47,413 nt of DNA, taken from assembly GCA_029856365.1 (NCBI GenBank), contig JAHQWW010000019.1, positions 1 to 47,413 on the forward strand. Reading direction: 5' to 3'. The translations under genes were made by a program, and so were the position numbers. The DNA comes from Candidatus Hodarchaeota archaeon. Lineage in GTDB: Archaea > Asgardarchaeota > Heimdallarchaeia > Hodarchaeales > Hodarchaeaceae. Numbering within the stretch: the first letter of the stretch is position 1; every line of letters starts with the position of its first letter. The notes beneath the pieces were generated by a model. That model made no database searches. It saw nothing but the letters and a program-made list of their open reading frames with translations, and was not told where the DNA came from. Positions 28,202-36,844 of the stretch are shown here, one piece after another.

Positions 28202-30595
28202 CTATAAATGATAACCTTGTTTGGTTAAAGTTCCTTGTAATAAATTATTCTGAATTAGAGAGTCTAGGATGGCTCTCAGATCAATGTTAGAAATGTTTGT
28301 TTCATGGTGGATCTCTTCCCAAGGGATTATTTCCCTTGTTTGTTGAGCTGGCTGTTTTATATAATCAATGACTTTACTAAGAGCCCTCTTTTGGGTCATC
28401 ACAACCTTGTTATCATGTGAAATCAATAGATTGTTATCATCAGATATTAAATCTCTAACTATCAATTCATTTTTCTTGTCTTTAACAATTTCAAGAATTT
28501 CCAAGAGTTCTTGTAGGGTGAATTCTTCTCGATATTCTAAAATTCCTTGAATTTCTTGATTAATTCCTTTTTCAGTTACAAATTCTCCTATCGTATTAGT
28601 GAATCCCCTAACAAATAGGATTTGCGTCACTATTAACGTAAGAATATTTTTTGCCAAATCCATTTTGAACGCTAGAACATTGAAATTAATTCGTGTTTTA
28701 GCTTCAATTTCATTATTAACATTAGCAATCAGGTCTTCAGTGAAGAAATAATTGCTATTAGGGGTAGTACTTCCAGTGAATTCTTGAGTAATATAGTCTA
28801 AAATGGCAGGCTTAATTAGATTAGCTAATTTATCCAATTTTACTTCTTTTATAAATTCAGGAATTGAAAGATAACCCTTTCCAATGATCTGCTGCTGGAG
28901 TTGAGGGTGAAGATTCTCAAGAGTTATCACGTGTCCATCTCTTGTTTGATATGTTTTAATATCTAAAATCTTCTGTAAAGAATGGAGAAACTTTGAAAAA
29001 TCCATAGAAATTCGTTGGAGAAGATGACCGACTCGTGATTCATCAATACCTGCTGAATCATCCTTAAGTTTTTGGAATTCCTTTATTTCCAAAAAGACAT
29101 TAATATCTTCTAGCCATCTACCTTGAAACTGATCTTTAATAATTTTTTTCAATATCGAAAACTCGATTTTCGGATTTCCAATTTGAGTCATGAAACTGTC
29201 AAGTGAAATAATAGAATCTCGATTTATTTGCTGTTCTATTCGAGATTGCAGGAATTTTTTAGTTATATACTCATTCTTGGAGTTATACCATCCTACACTT
29301 GAAGGATTTAGAACAGGTATCAATTCTTTCCTGACTAATTCGTTTGATTGATTTATCTCATCGGTAATAGTATCAAGATTGAGAATACCAGTATTTTGAA
29401 ATTCCGAAGAAATCTTGGTAAAAACCTCTTTGGTCAAAAAAAATTTCTCACTAATTTTATGGACATTTGAGATTGTGGAAATTACTTCTTCTAATGTTTC
29501 AGGAGTAAGTTGGTTAAACGGATCCTTATGTCTAAGTGTTGGGATATAGATAGATCGTTTTTCTTCCAGTTCTGCTGTTAATAATCTCTTTAAACCCGTT
29601 TCAGTAAGGTAAATATTCTTTGAGAGATGAATAAGCCTTAAACCTAATATTTTTTCGATTAAAACCTTAATTGCGACCATATTCGATTGTAATTCAACTG
29701 CTAGTTCTGATAAATCCAATTCATCTTTTGCTAGTAATCGGGTTTGAAGATCCTTAATTCCAAAAGCCATTTGAGTTGTAAGAGTGGTAATTAAAGAATC
29801 GAAATTTTGTTTTGTAGTATCCGTAGCATATTGTAAAAAAGCTATTAAGTCAACTTTACCACTTGACATAACCATAGGAACGATTTCTTGTTCATTTTTA
29901 TTTAAAAAAGCCGCTGCAGACTCTCTAACATAGTCATTAGGGTCAATGAGATTTTCTATAAAAGGACCGATAAGTTCTCGGCCTCCCATATGTTCCAAAG
30001 CTGATCCTGCTTGATTTCTGGTCCAATCATCATACTCAGGATTCCGCATAATCTTAATGAGAGTTCCAATTGCTCTAGGTGTTTTTAATTTTCCAAGAGC
30101 ATATATTATTGATCTACGGAGGCCACCTGATTCTGATTCCAATAATCTTAACAACTGTGTCTCTATTCCCTCTATTTTATGTGTTACAACAATATCCATG
30201 GCGGTTTTTCGAACTATTTCCGCCGGATCACTCAAAGCTTTAATGACTTGTGTTTTGAGTTGAGGATGATTCTTGTTACTGAGCCATTCGAGAGCTAATG
30301 ACCGAATTCCAGGACTGGGGTCTGAAAGAGCAGAGCTAACCAAGGATCCAACACTTTTAATATCTTTAATAGCTTCTAATAATGTTCCTAATGCATTTTC
30401 TCGAACATTATCCTCTGGAGCCTTGGTGAAGGGTAAAAGCGATTTAACAATCATTCGGTAACGAAAATCAGTGGGATTTGGGTTTGCTTGTAAATATTTT
30501 CTCAGATTATTAATTGAACTCCATTTAAGATCGTTATCCTTTGATTTAAGGCCTTTAAGATCATTTAGCACTGCATCTTCAGACATACTACTCAC
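28202..30595 (-). CDS. HEAT-repeat protein with C-terminal tandem winged-helix (UFL1/PCI-like) repeats
   Basis: N-terminal HEAT_2-type repeats (ALSDPSPGIRSLA, ALSDPAEIVRKTA, RRSIIYALGKL, DPNDYVRESAA). C-terminal recurring hairpin motifs (YLTETGL, EYITKKFL, EFVTEKGI) and a terminal ILDSLIQNNLLQGTL. Confidence 0.7.
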   Translation of the reverse strand: MSSMSEDAVLNDLKGLKSKDNDLKWSSINNLRKYLQANPNPTDFRYRMIVKSLLPFTKAPEDNVRENALGTLLEAIKDIKSVGSLVSSALSDPSPGIRSLALEWLSNKNHPQLKTQVIKALSDPAEIVRKTAMDIVVTHKIEGIETQLLRLLESESGGLRRSIIYALGKLKTPRAIGTLIKIMRNPEYDDWTRNQAGSALEHMGGRELIGPFIENLIDPNDYVRESAAAFLNKNEQEIVPMVMSSGKVDLIAFLQYATDTTKQNFDSLITTLTTQMAFGIKDLQTRLLAKDELDLSELAVELQSNMVAIKVLIEKILGLRLIHLSKNIYLTETGLKRLLTAELEEKRSIYIPTLRHKDPFNQLTPETLEEVISTISNVHKISEKFFLTKEVFTKISSEFQNTGILNLDTITDEINQSNELVRKELIPVLNPSSVGWYNSKNEYITKKFLQSRIEQQINRDSIISLDSFMTQIGNPKIEFSILKKIIKDQFQGRWLEDINVFLEIKEFQKLKDDSAGIDESRVGHLLQRISMDFSKFLHSLQKILDIKTYQTRDGHVITLENLHPQLQQQIIGKGYLSIPEFIKEVKLDKLANLIKPAILDYITQEFTGSTTPNSNYFFTEDLIANVNNEIEAKTRINFNVLAFKMDLAKNILTLIVTQILFVRGFTNTIGEFVTEKGINQEIQGILEYREEFTLQELLEILEIVKDKKNELIVRDLISDDNNLLISHDNKVVMTQKRALSKVIDYIKQPAQQTREIIPWEEIHHETNISNIDLRAILDSLIQNNLLQGTLTKQGYHL

Positions 30596-30694
30596 GATAT
30601 CACGATTAAGTGAATCTAGTCTTGATACTGAACATAGACATATAAGGGTATTTATTGGTAGTAATTTACTATTTTCGTTTAAGAAAGAAAGGGT

Positions 30695-31774
30695 CTATGG
30701 ATTAAAATATACCTTTGCTGGATTACGAATAAATGCTGATACAAGAGTAATCGTGTGATGAATATCCTCTAATGACAATAGAGATACTGGTGAGTGAATA
30801 TACCGACAAGGAACTGACACAACTGAAGAAGGTACCCCTCCTCTTGATTGATGGATCCTTCCAGCATTTGTACCACCAAATATTGGTTTTTTTATGTGGT
30901 ATGGTATGTTTTCACGTTTAGCGTTGTCTATTAAACGTTTGTTTACAAAAGGATGGGCTATCATACTTCTGTCCGCCACAGAAATTGCGGGCCCTTTACC
31001 AACGTATGCAGGACATTCAGAGTCCTTTATTCCTGGAACATCTGCTGCAGTGGTATTTTCAATGGCTAAAGCTATTGTAGGTTTTAAAGTGAATGCTGCT
31101 GCTCCAGCACCCCGACCACCAACTTCCTCTTGGGTAGAAAAACTGAATAGGAGCGTATCTGAGGGAGTATTTGCTGAAAATTCTTTAATTATATGAATTA
31201 AAACATTAACTGCTGTTCTATCATCAAAAGCTTTACCTCTGACTATGTTATTTGGAAATTCCACAAAAGGATCATAAAGAGTACCTACAGATCCTATATG
31301 GATCCCACAAGACTCTACTTCATCTTTTGTGGACATACCTGTATCAATATACATATCACTTATTTTAACAGCATCTTTCCTTTCACTTTCAGTTGTTAGG
31401 TGAGGGGGCTTCGAACCAATTATTCCGTGAAATTCTTTATTATCATTTGCAAGAATTTTAACTGATTGACTTAAGAGAGTTCTCGAATCCCATCCTCCTA
31501 TTGGAACAAACCGAAGAAAACCTTTAGGATCGATATAACTGACCATGAATCCAATTTCATCTACATGACCATCAATCATAATCCGATCTTTACCTCCTTC
31601 CCCTTCTATAATGGCTAAAAGCGATCCAAGAGGATCAATCCACATTTTATTGACTAAATTCTCGATTTGCCCTTGAATAAAGTCAACAACAGGTTTCTCA
31701 TACCCACTGACTCCTATTATTTCAGATAATTGTCTTTGTAGATTTTTAATGCCTTCAAAATTCCTTCCTATCAT
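30695..31774 (-). CDS. M42 family (TET) aminopeptidase
   Basis: GVSGYE, GHVDEIG, IGGWD, GKAFDDR, QEEVGGRGA and VPCRYIHSP. Confidence 0.95.
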   Translation of the reverse strand: MIGRNFEGIKNLQRQLSEIIGVSGYEKPVVDFIQGQIENLVNKMWIDPLGSLLAIIEGEGGKDRIMIDGHVDEIGFMVSYIDPKGFLRFVPIGGWDSRTLLSQSVKILANDNKEFHGIIGSKPPHLTTESERKDAVKISDMYIDTGMSTKDEVESCGIHIGSVGTLYDPFVEFPNNIVRGKAFDDRTAVNVLIHIIKEFSANTPSDTLLFSFSTQEEVGGRGAGAAAFTLKPTIALAIENTTAADVPGIKDSECPAYVGKGPAISVADRSMIAHPFVNKRLIDNAKRENIPYHIKKPIFGGTNAGRIHQSRGGVPSSVVSVPCRYIHSPVSLLSLEDIHHTITLVSAFIRNPAKVYFNP

Positions 31775-31842
31775 TTCAATTCATCTTGATTCGGTCATAG
31801 CGCTGTAACAGGGATTTAATAGTTTTGGTTTAAGAGAGTTCA

Positions 31843-31876
31843 CTTGAAAATAACAAATTCCCTGATTATTTTCAAG
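31843..31876. promoter_or_regulatory. Perfect 11-bp inverted repeat with 12-nt spacer (operator or terminator hairpin)
   Basis: cttgaaaataa-caaattccctga-ttattttcaag, between the GNAT stop and the M42 start. Confidence 0.5.
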
Positions 31877-31915
31877 ATTATTCCTTTGTTATAACATTAA
31901 GAATCTAAAAACAAA

Positions 31916-32383
31916 TTAAAGCTCTTTAGAAAGAATTAGAATATTCTCCCCTCGGATCCGTTTTTCTCCAATTTCTATAAATCCAAACCTTTTATAGAAT
32001 CGAAGAAGACTTGGGATTTTTGAATAGATTTCTAGTTCGATTCTAATTGCTGTTGGTATGTTTTGTTGAATTAATTTTAAGACTTCTTTAATGACCCCAG
32101 TCCCCAAGCCTTGCTTTTGAAATTGGGGTTTAATCGCAAAGTGGAACAACTTTACTGTTTTCCTATCTGTAAGAGTTAGGGAAAAAGTTCCAATTATGTC
32201 TTGCTTTTCATTATATATTACATATAGTCTATCTTTTTCGAGAGTGTGACTCAATTTTTGCTCTGTGTTATCCAGTGCCCCAGGTAGTCGGGACAAAGTG
32301 TCGGTTATGGGCTTGTAAGCCTCATTGATGATCGATTTAATATAGGGGAGATCTTCTTTTTGTGCAAGCAAAAACTTAATCAA
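31916..32383 (-). CDS. GNAT family N-acetyltransferase
   Basis: FAIKPQFQKQGLG acetyl-CoA motif A and FYKRFGF. 4-bp overlap with the upstream gene. Confidence 0.9.
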   Translation of the reverse strand: MIKFLLAQKEDLPYIKSIINEAYKPITDTLSRLPGALDNTEQKLSHTLEKDRLYVIYNEKQDIIGTFSLTLTDRKTVKLFHFAIKPQFQKQGLGTGVIKEVLKLIQQNIPTAIRIELEIYSKIPSLLRFYKRFGFIEIGEKRIRGENILILSKEL

Positions 32384-33102
32384 AGTTTTTGAACCTCATT
32401 TTTGTTTTCCCGAATAAAACGAGCGGGTGTCCCAGCCCATATAGAATTTGGCGGAATTTTTTGATTTTTTAATACAACAGAGTTGACCCCTACAATTGCA
32501 TTATCACCAATCTCTGATCCAGGTGCAATGATTGTATTTCCTCCAATAGTCACATTATTTCCAATTTTAACTGGAGTAATTGTCAAAAAACGATTTTCGG
32601 TGACATGAGCAGATATAATCGCACGTAACCCAATAAAACAATTGTTTCCAAGGCTTACTAGGTGAGAATCGATCATTGTGCCTGCTGAGAGATAAACGTT
32701 CTTACCTACTTTGAGACCGTATAAGGAGAGAAATTTTCCCAAAAACATTGAATATATATGTGGGATAAAACTAAATGCCTTCAACATACTTTTAAATATT
32801 CCAGGAGACACAATAGCAACTCCATAAAGGAGAGCTTGGTCAGAGTTATGAGGATAGGTTCCTGGTTTGATTTCTGGTAAAAAAATTCTACAGATTATCT
32901 GAGAGTGAACAAGTCCAAATATAATTGTTGAAATGAGATAAAGAATCGGGATTAACATCGCTATTGAAAACCATAGCAAGTAATTTTGAACAGTGAGCAT
33001 TAAGAAATAGACACATACAAACTCAGGGAGAAAAACTGCCATGAAAACAACTGCAGTAAAGAAGAAATAACCAAATAAACGAATCTTAGTCATCCATCTC
33101 AA
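32380..33102 (-). CDS. Membrane-anchored left-handed beta-helix (hexapeptide) acyltransferase-like protein
   Basis: Two N-terminal TMs, then GLKVGKNV, LGNNCFIG, VKIGNNVTIGGNTIIAPG and WAGTPARFIR. Confidence 0.85.
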   Translation of the reverse strand: MRWMTKIRLFGYFFFTAVVFMAVFLPEFVCVYFLMLTVQNYLLWFSIAMLIPILYLISTIIFGLVHSQIICRIFLPEIKPGTYPHNSDQALLYGVAIVSPGIFKSMLKAFSFIPHIYSMFLGKFLSLYGLKVGKNVYLSAGTMIDSHLVSLGNNCFIGLRAIISAHVTENRFLTITPVKIGNNVTIGGNTIIAPGSEIGDNAIVGVNSVVLKNQKIPPNSIWAGTPARFIRENKNEVQKL

Positions 33103-33137
33103 AGTAATTCACAAATTTGATTTATCAGCCTAAATGC

Positions 33138-33908
33138 TTAGTGAGGAATAATTTCTTTCACTTTTCTGACTGTTTCAGAAACTTTAACAACAAGGTTTTC
33201 TAAACCAGAGGTGGGGTCTCCGTCAACGTACAGTAATAACCCTTCACTAATTTTGTAAGCAACAAGATTAGTTGCTTCTGAAGAAACGACCAAATAACGT
33301 AAATTCCTCATATATGTTGAGACATTCAACAAGCGAATAGCTCCAGCCATTCGTGTTTGATCCATTCTATATTCGAGTAGAATATCACCGGTGAAAGAAA
33401 CAATCATAGCTCCTCGGGCGCCAATGTCATTTTGTTGAACTAATTTCTTAAGATAAAATAAAGCGGCATTCTTCGAACTGCTCAGCATTTCACGAGTTTC
33501 ACCTAAAAAAACTTCATCGACATGACTTTTGAATGCTTCAAATACCTCTGTGTCAACAAGTTGCATTTCTTTCACTTGAAGCCCATATTCCGCTAAGAAT
33601 AGACTCGTGATGGTAGTTAATTTGAACTGTAAGTCCAATGGACTCACAAGTGGTGAAGCTAAGATAGCAAACACTAAATCATCTCTTTCGATGAACGAAA
33701 AGCGGAGATCAGTCATATCTACAACTCGAAGCTCACTTAGTGATGACGATTTAGCGAAAGAGAACATCGCTGTTAAAAAGGCTACTACAAGATGGGCATC
33801 AGGAGTTGTTGTATCTTGTGTTTCGTAAGATCGTGTAAATAGTGTATTTCCCGTCTCTTTTTCGAAGATAAAAAAAGCCTTAATTGTTTTGAACTTCTCT
33901 AGTGACAT
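33138..33908 (-). CDS. Longin + roadblock/LC7 two-domain protein
   Basis: The N-half (IKAFFIFEKETGNTLF...LVVAFLTAMFSFA...FLAEY...VFEAF...VDEVF) fits the Asgard longin pattern. The C-half (LKKL..IGARGAMIVSFTGDIL...LLLYV..LENLVVKV) fits roadblock. A GAGGAG SD overlaps the GTPase stop. Confidence 0.75.
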   Translation of the reverse strand: MSLEKFKTIKAFFIFEKETGNTLFTRSYETQDTTTPDAHLVVAFLTAMFSFAKSSSLSELRVVDMTDLRFSFIERDDLVFAILASPLVSPLDLQFKLTTITSLFLAEYGLQVKEMQLVDTEVFEAFKSHVDEVFLGETREMLSSSKNAALFYLKKLVQQNDIGARGAMIVSFTGDILLEYRMDQTRMAGAIRLLNVSTYMRNLRYLVVSSEATNLVAYKISEGLLLYVDGDPTSGLENLVVKVSETVRKVKEIIPH

Positions 33909-33918
33909 GATAAACTCC

Positions 33919-34479
33919 TCATAAGAATTTCTTTGGAGTGAGGTTCAGTATTCTTGTTGTCATTGTCTGAAAAGCTTCATTAACGTTTTCACCAGTTTTA
34001 GCAGAGGTTTCGATGTAGTCAATAGCATGCATTGCTTCTTGGACTTTTTTTGATTGAGATGCTGATAGAACCCGATCTTTAGTCAAATCAGCCTTATTTC
34101 CAATGAGAATGGACATACACTGTGGTGAGACTTTCAATACTTGTGATTGCCACCTTTCCTGCATGTGAAGTAGTGTTTCACGACGTGTTAGGTCAAAAAC
34201 ATAGAAAGCACCTAAAGCTCCTTTTAGGTAGAGATGAGAATATGAAACATGTCTTGCTTGTCCAGCTATGTCCCAAACTTGTAATGAAGCAGTCCGTTGA
34301 ATGTTCTTAATATCAATAAACTTCACAGTTTTTGTTAGGAAATTAACACCTAAGCTCATTTGATAATCTTCGGAAAATCTATTCTCAATAAACCTTAGGA
34401 TCAATGATGTTTTTCCTACTGCTCCGTCTCCAAGGAGTAGAAGTTTCAAAATGTGTTTGATTTCCTTGCCTTTCGACAA
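33919..34479 (-). CDS. Rab-like small GTPase (Ras superfamily)
   Basis: G1 GDGAVGKTS, G3 WDIAGQ, G4 NKAD, G5 ETSAK. RabF-like LGVNF, SLQVW, YLKGA and YVFDLT. TTG start with GGAGA SD. Confidence 0.93.
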   Translation of the reverse strand: MSKGKEIKHILKLLLLGDGAVGKTSLILRFIENRFSEDYQMSLGVNFLTKTVKFIDIKNIQRTASLQVWDIAGQARHVSYSHLYLKGALGAFYVFDLTRRETLLHMQERWQSQVLKVSPQCMSILIGNKADLTKDRVLSASQSKKVQEAMHAIDYIETSAKTGENVNEAFQTMTTRILNLTPKKFL

Positions 34480-34773
34480 ACTGTTATCTCCAAATTATAA
34501 AGATGTCATGTAATGATTGATAAAATTATACCAATTAAAGGTTTATATTACAACACTATTTCTAAAGCTTTTCTTTGCAACGTTGAAAAGATTTCAATAA
34601 AAACAAAAAAAACGCTTGAATGTGGGTAGAAGGCGTGTATTTTTTTAAATGCTATTCAGATATTAGACTTACTACTCATTTTCTCTGACATTCATATGGA
34701 AAAAAGCAAAGTTACTAAGTCAAAAAAATTCTTTTTATAGTGATCAAAAGAAATTGTCAAAATACTAGCTCAG

Positions 34774-35046
34774 GTGAAACAAGGTTTGGAATCAGAAAGA
34801 GACCTGTCTGGTACAGAAAAATGGATCGAAATAGTATTGAAAGACCTAGGGGAGGCAACCACACTTGAAATTATTGAACAGGTGAGTGTATTCAATCAAG
34901 ATTGTGCAGATCGTATTCCTATGGTTCTAACTCAAATGCGAATAGACGGTAAAATCTCATATGAAGTTGTTCCAGCTGAAGGTGGAGAAAGAAGAAATAT
35001 TGTTTGGCGATTGGTTGAAATTCAATCGATAAATAAAGATAAATAG
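34774..35046 (+). CDS. Small winged-helix-like hypothetical protein
   Basis: IVLKDLGEATTLEII...VLTQMRIDGKI...IVWRL follows the wHTH helix-helix-wing pattern. Confidence 0.55.
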   Translation: MKQGLESERDLSGTEKWIEIVLKDLGEATTLEIIEQVSVFNQDCADRIPMVLTQMRIDGKISYEVVPAEGGERRNIVWRLVEIQSINKDK

Positions 35047-35075
35047 ATTTTTTTGGCCACTCCATTATTGTGAAA

Positions 35076-36761
35076 TTATATCCATATTTCTTGGCCCTCT
35101 AAAGGAATAAAAATATTTTCTTTTCCATTTAATAAGAAAGATCCATTTAATACTTCTGGGCCTAAATGAATGAGAGCCATTCTATCAGTAAAGGAATGAA
35201 GTTTTTTCAGTTGACGGTAGTTTAAATGAATTTCATGTTCACTGTCTAAAAAATTGCATTCCATAATTGCTAGCTGTGTATTCTTGACAAGAGGGATCAA
35301 TTCATCCGTCCAACCGGTATCACCGGAATATGCTATAGAGATCTCTCTTGTTTCTACTCTATACCCTTGAGCTTCAGGTGTATGAAGCATTTTAAAAGCT
35401 TGGATTGTAATACCATTCACCTTCAATGAAGAACTGGATGGTATTAGACTCAGAAATTCGCATAGAAAAGGCAGTTCTTTTTCAGCAATATTTTCATATA
35501 GAGCAGAATAGAGATTTTTAATCTTTGTATCTATGCCTGGAGGGCCAATAATAGTTAGAAGCTTATTCCTTTGTTGTTGGATACTGGCTTCTAATAGAAA
35601 GAAAGGAACTCCACCTAGGTGGTCCCCATGGAAGTGTGAAATAATGATTATATCGATGTCATTGGTATTTCTACCAGATTCTTTTAATGCCTGTAAAGAA
35701 TGGGGTCCACAATCTAATAAAATCCCCTTTTTTCCTATCTTAACAAAAACTGAGGCACTTTTACCTCCACCTGATCCAAAGGCGTCACCAGTTCCCAAAA
35801 ATACAACATTTATTGTGGGTTTTTTCTTTGGAATTATTTGTGTACCAGCACTCTTGCCGTATAAAGCTTGGACGAATTCGTTGAGACCAACAACCCAGCA
35901 TTTCACCTGAGTATTCGCTAATTCAATGATATTACGAAGCTTACCTCCCATCGCATCGGTAACATCAAACTCTCCTCTGGTTTCTCCTCCTTGGAATGAT
36001 AAGATCTCATTTTTGAGACTAAAAGCCGTTACATTGTTAGCATCAACTTCGATACAAGCAATAAATTCAGCATCATTGAGACTAGGATCTTTAGTATATA
36101 TTCCAGTACGCTTTCCTTCAATATTGGTCAAAAAGATGACTGAATCGAGAAAAACAATACTAAGACGTCTTATTAGAGCAGCAGGAATTATATCGCCAGA
36201 GAAGACCTTCCATCCGATAGGAGTGCAACCCACATCCCCATAAAAAATTGGGATAGCGTTGGTTTCAGTAATAATCTGCTCAAAGACTTTTAAATCTGAA
36301 GCATCAGCTTTCTTTGTAGAAATATCTTGGGTAGGAAAGCCTGTAAGAATAGGATGAGAAGGAAAGGAAATAGCGTTAATTCCATATTTTATGGCCTCGG
36401 ATACAATTATTTGATTTTGAATTGCAACTGCAAGTTTAATTATTGGATAATCGCTTTCTAAATCTGGATACTTCTTCAATAAGTGTAGAACTAACGAGTG
36501 ACCAATTGAACCCGCTCCATGAATTAAGGCAATTTTCTTTTGTGGATTTTGAGCTATAAAGGAAGAGAGAATATTAAAAATCTCATTTAGGAATTGATAG
36601 TTTATCAAATCTGAAATTTTTTTTATTAACTCCCCTAAAGATCCTGTACCTGATAAGAAACCATCAATTTGATTCAAATATTGCTCAATACGACGAATAT
36701 CTTTTTTATAAGTTATTAAACTTCCACCAAGCTTGATTAGAGTGATTGGAGTTCTTCTCAT
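35076..36761 (-). CDS. Fusion: isopentenyl phosphate kinase-like (amino acid kinase fold) + MBL-fold metallohydrolase (RNase Z/AtsA-like)
   Basis: N-half has IKLGGSLIT, HGAGSIGH, GDV, SGD, GIYTKDP and DVTDAMGGKL. C-half has LGTGDAFG, LLDCG, SHFHGDHLGG, YSGDT, MEC, H and IH. Single uninterrupted ORF. Confidence 0.8.
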   Translation of the reverse strand: MRRTPITLIKLGGSLITYKKDIRRIEQYLNQIDGFLSGTGSLGELIKKISDLINYQFLNEIFNILSSFIAQNPQKKIALIHGAGSIGHSLVLHLLKKYPDLESDYPIIKLAVAIQNQIIVSEAIKYGINAISFPSHPILTGFPTQDISTKKADASDLKVFEQIITETNAIPIFYGDVGCTPIGWKVFSGDIIPAALIRRLSIVFLDSVIFLTNIEGKRTGIYTKDPSLNDAEFIACIEVDANNVTAFSLKNEILSFQGGETRGEFDVTDAMGGKLRNIIELANTQVKCWVVGLNEFVQALYGKSAGTQIIPKKKPTINVVFLGTGDAFGSGGGKSASVFVKIGKKGILLDCGPHSLQALKESGRNTNDIDIIIISHFHGDHLGGVPFFLLEASIQQQRNKLLTIIGPPGIDTKIKNLYSALYENIAEKELPFLCEFLSLIPSSSSLKVNGITIQAFKMLHTPEAQGYRVETREISIAYSGDTGWTDELIPLVKNTQLAIMECNFLDSEHEIHLNYRQLKKLHSFTDRMALIHLGPEVLNGSFLLNGKENIFIPLEGQEIWI

Positions 36762-36844
36762 TCATTTCACCTATTCTACATTTGGATGTGATTTAACTTT
36801 CATACATACTAAAATAAGAAATATGCATCCTTTTTTCTAAAGTC

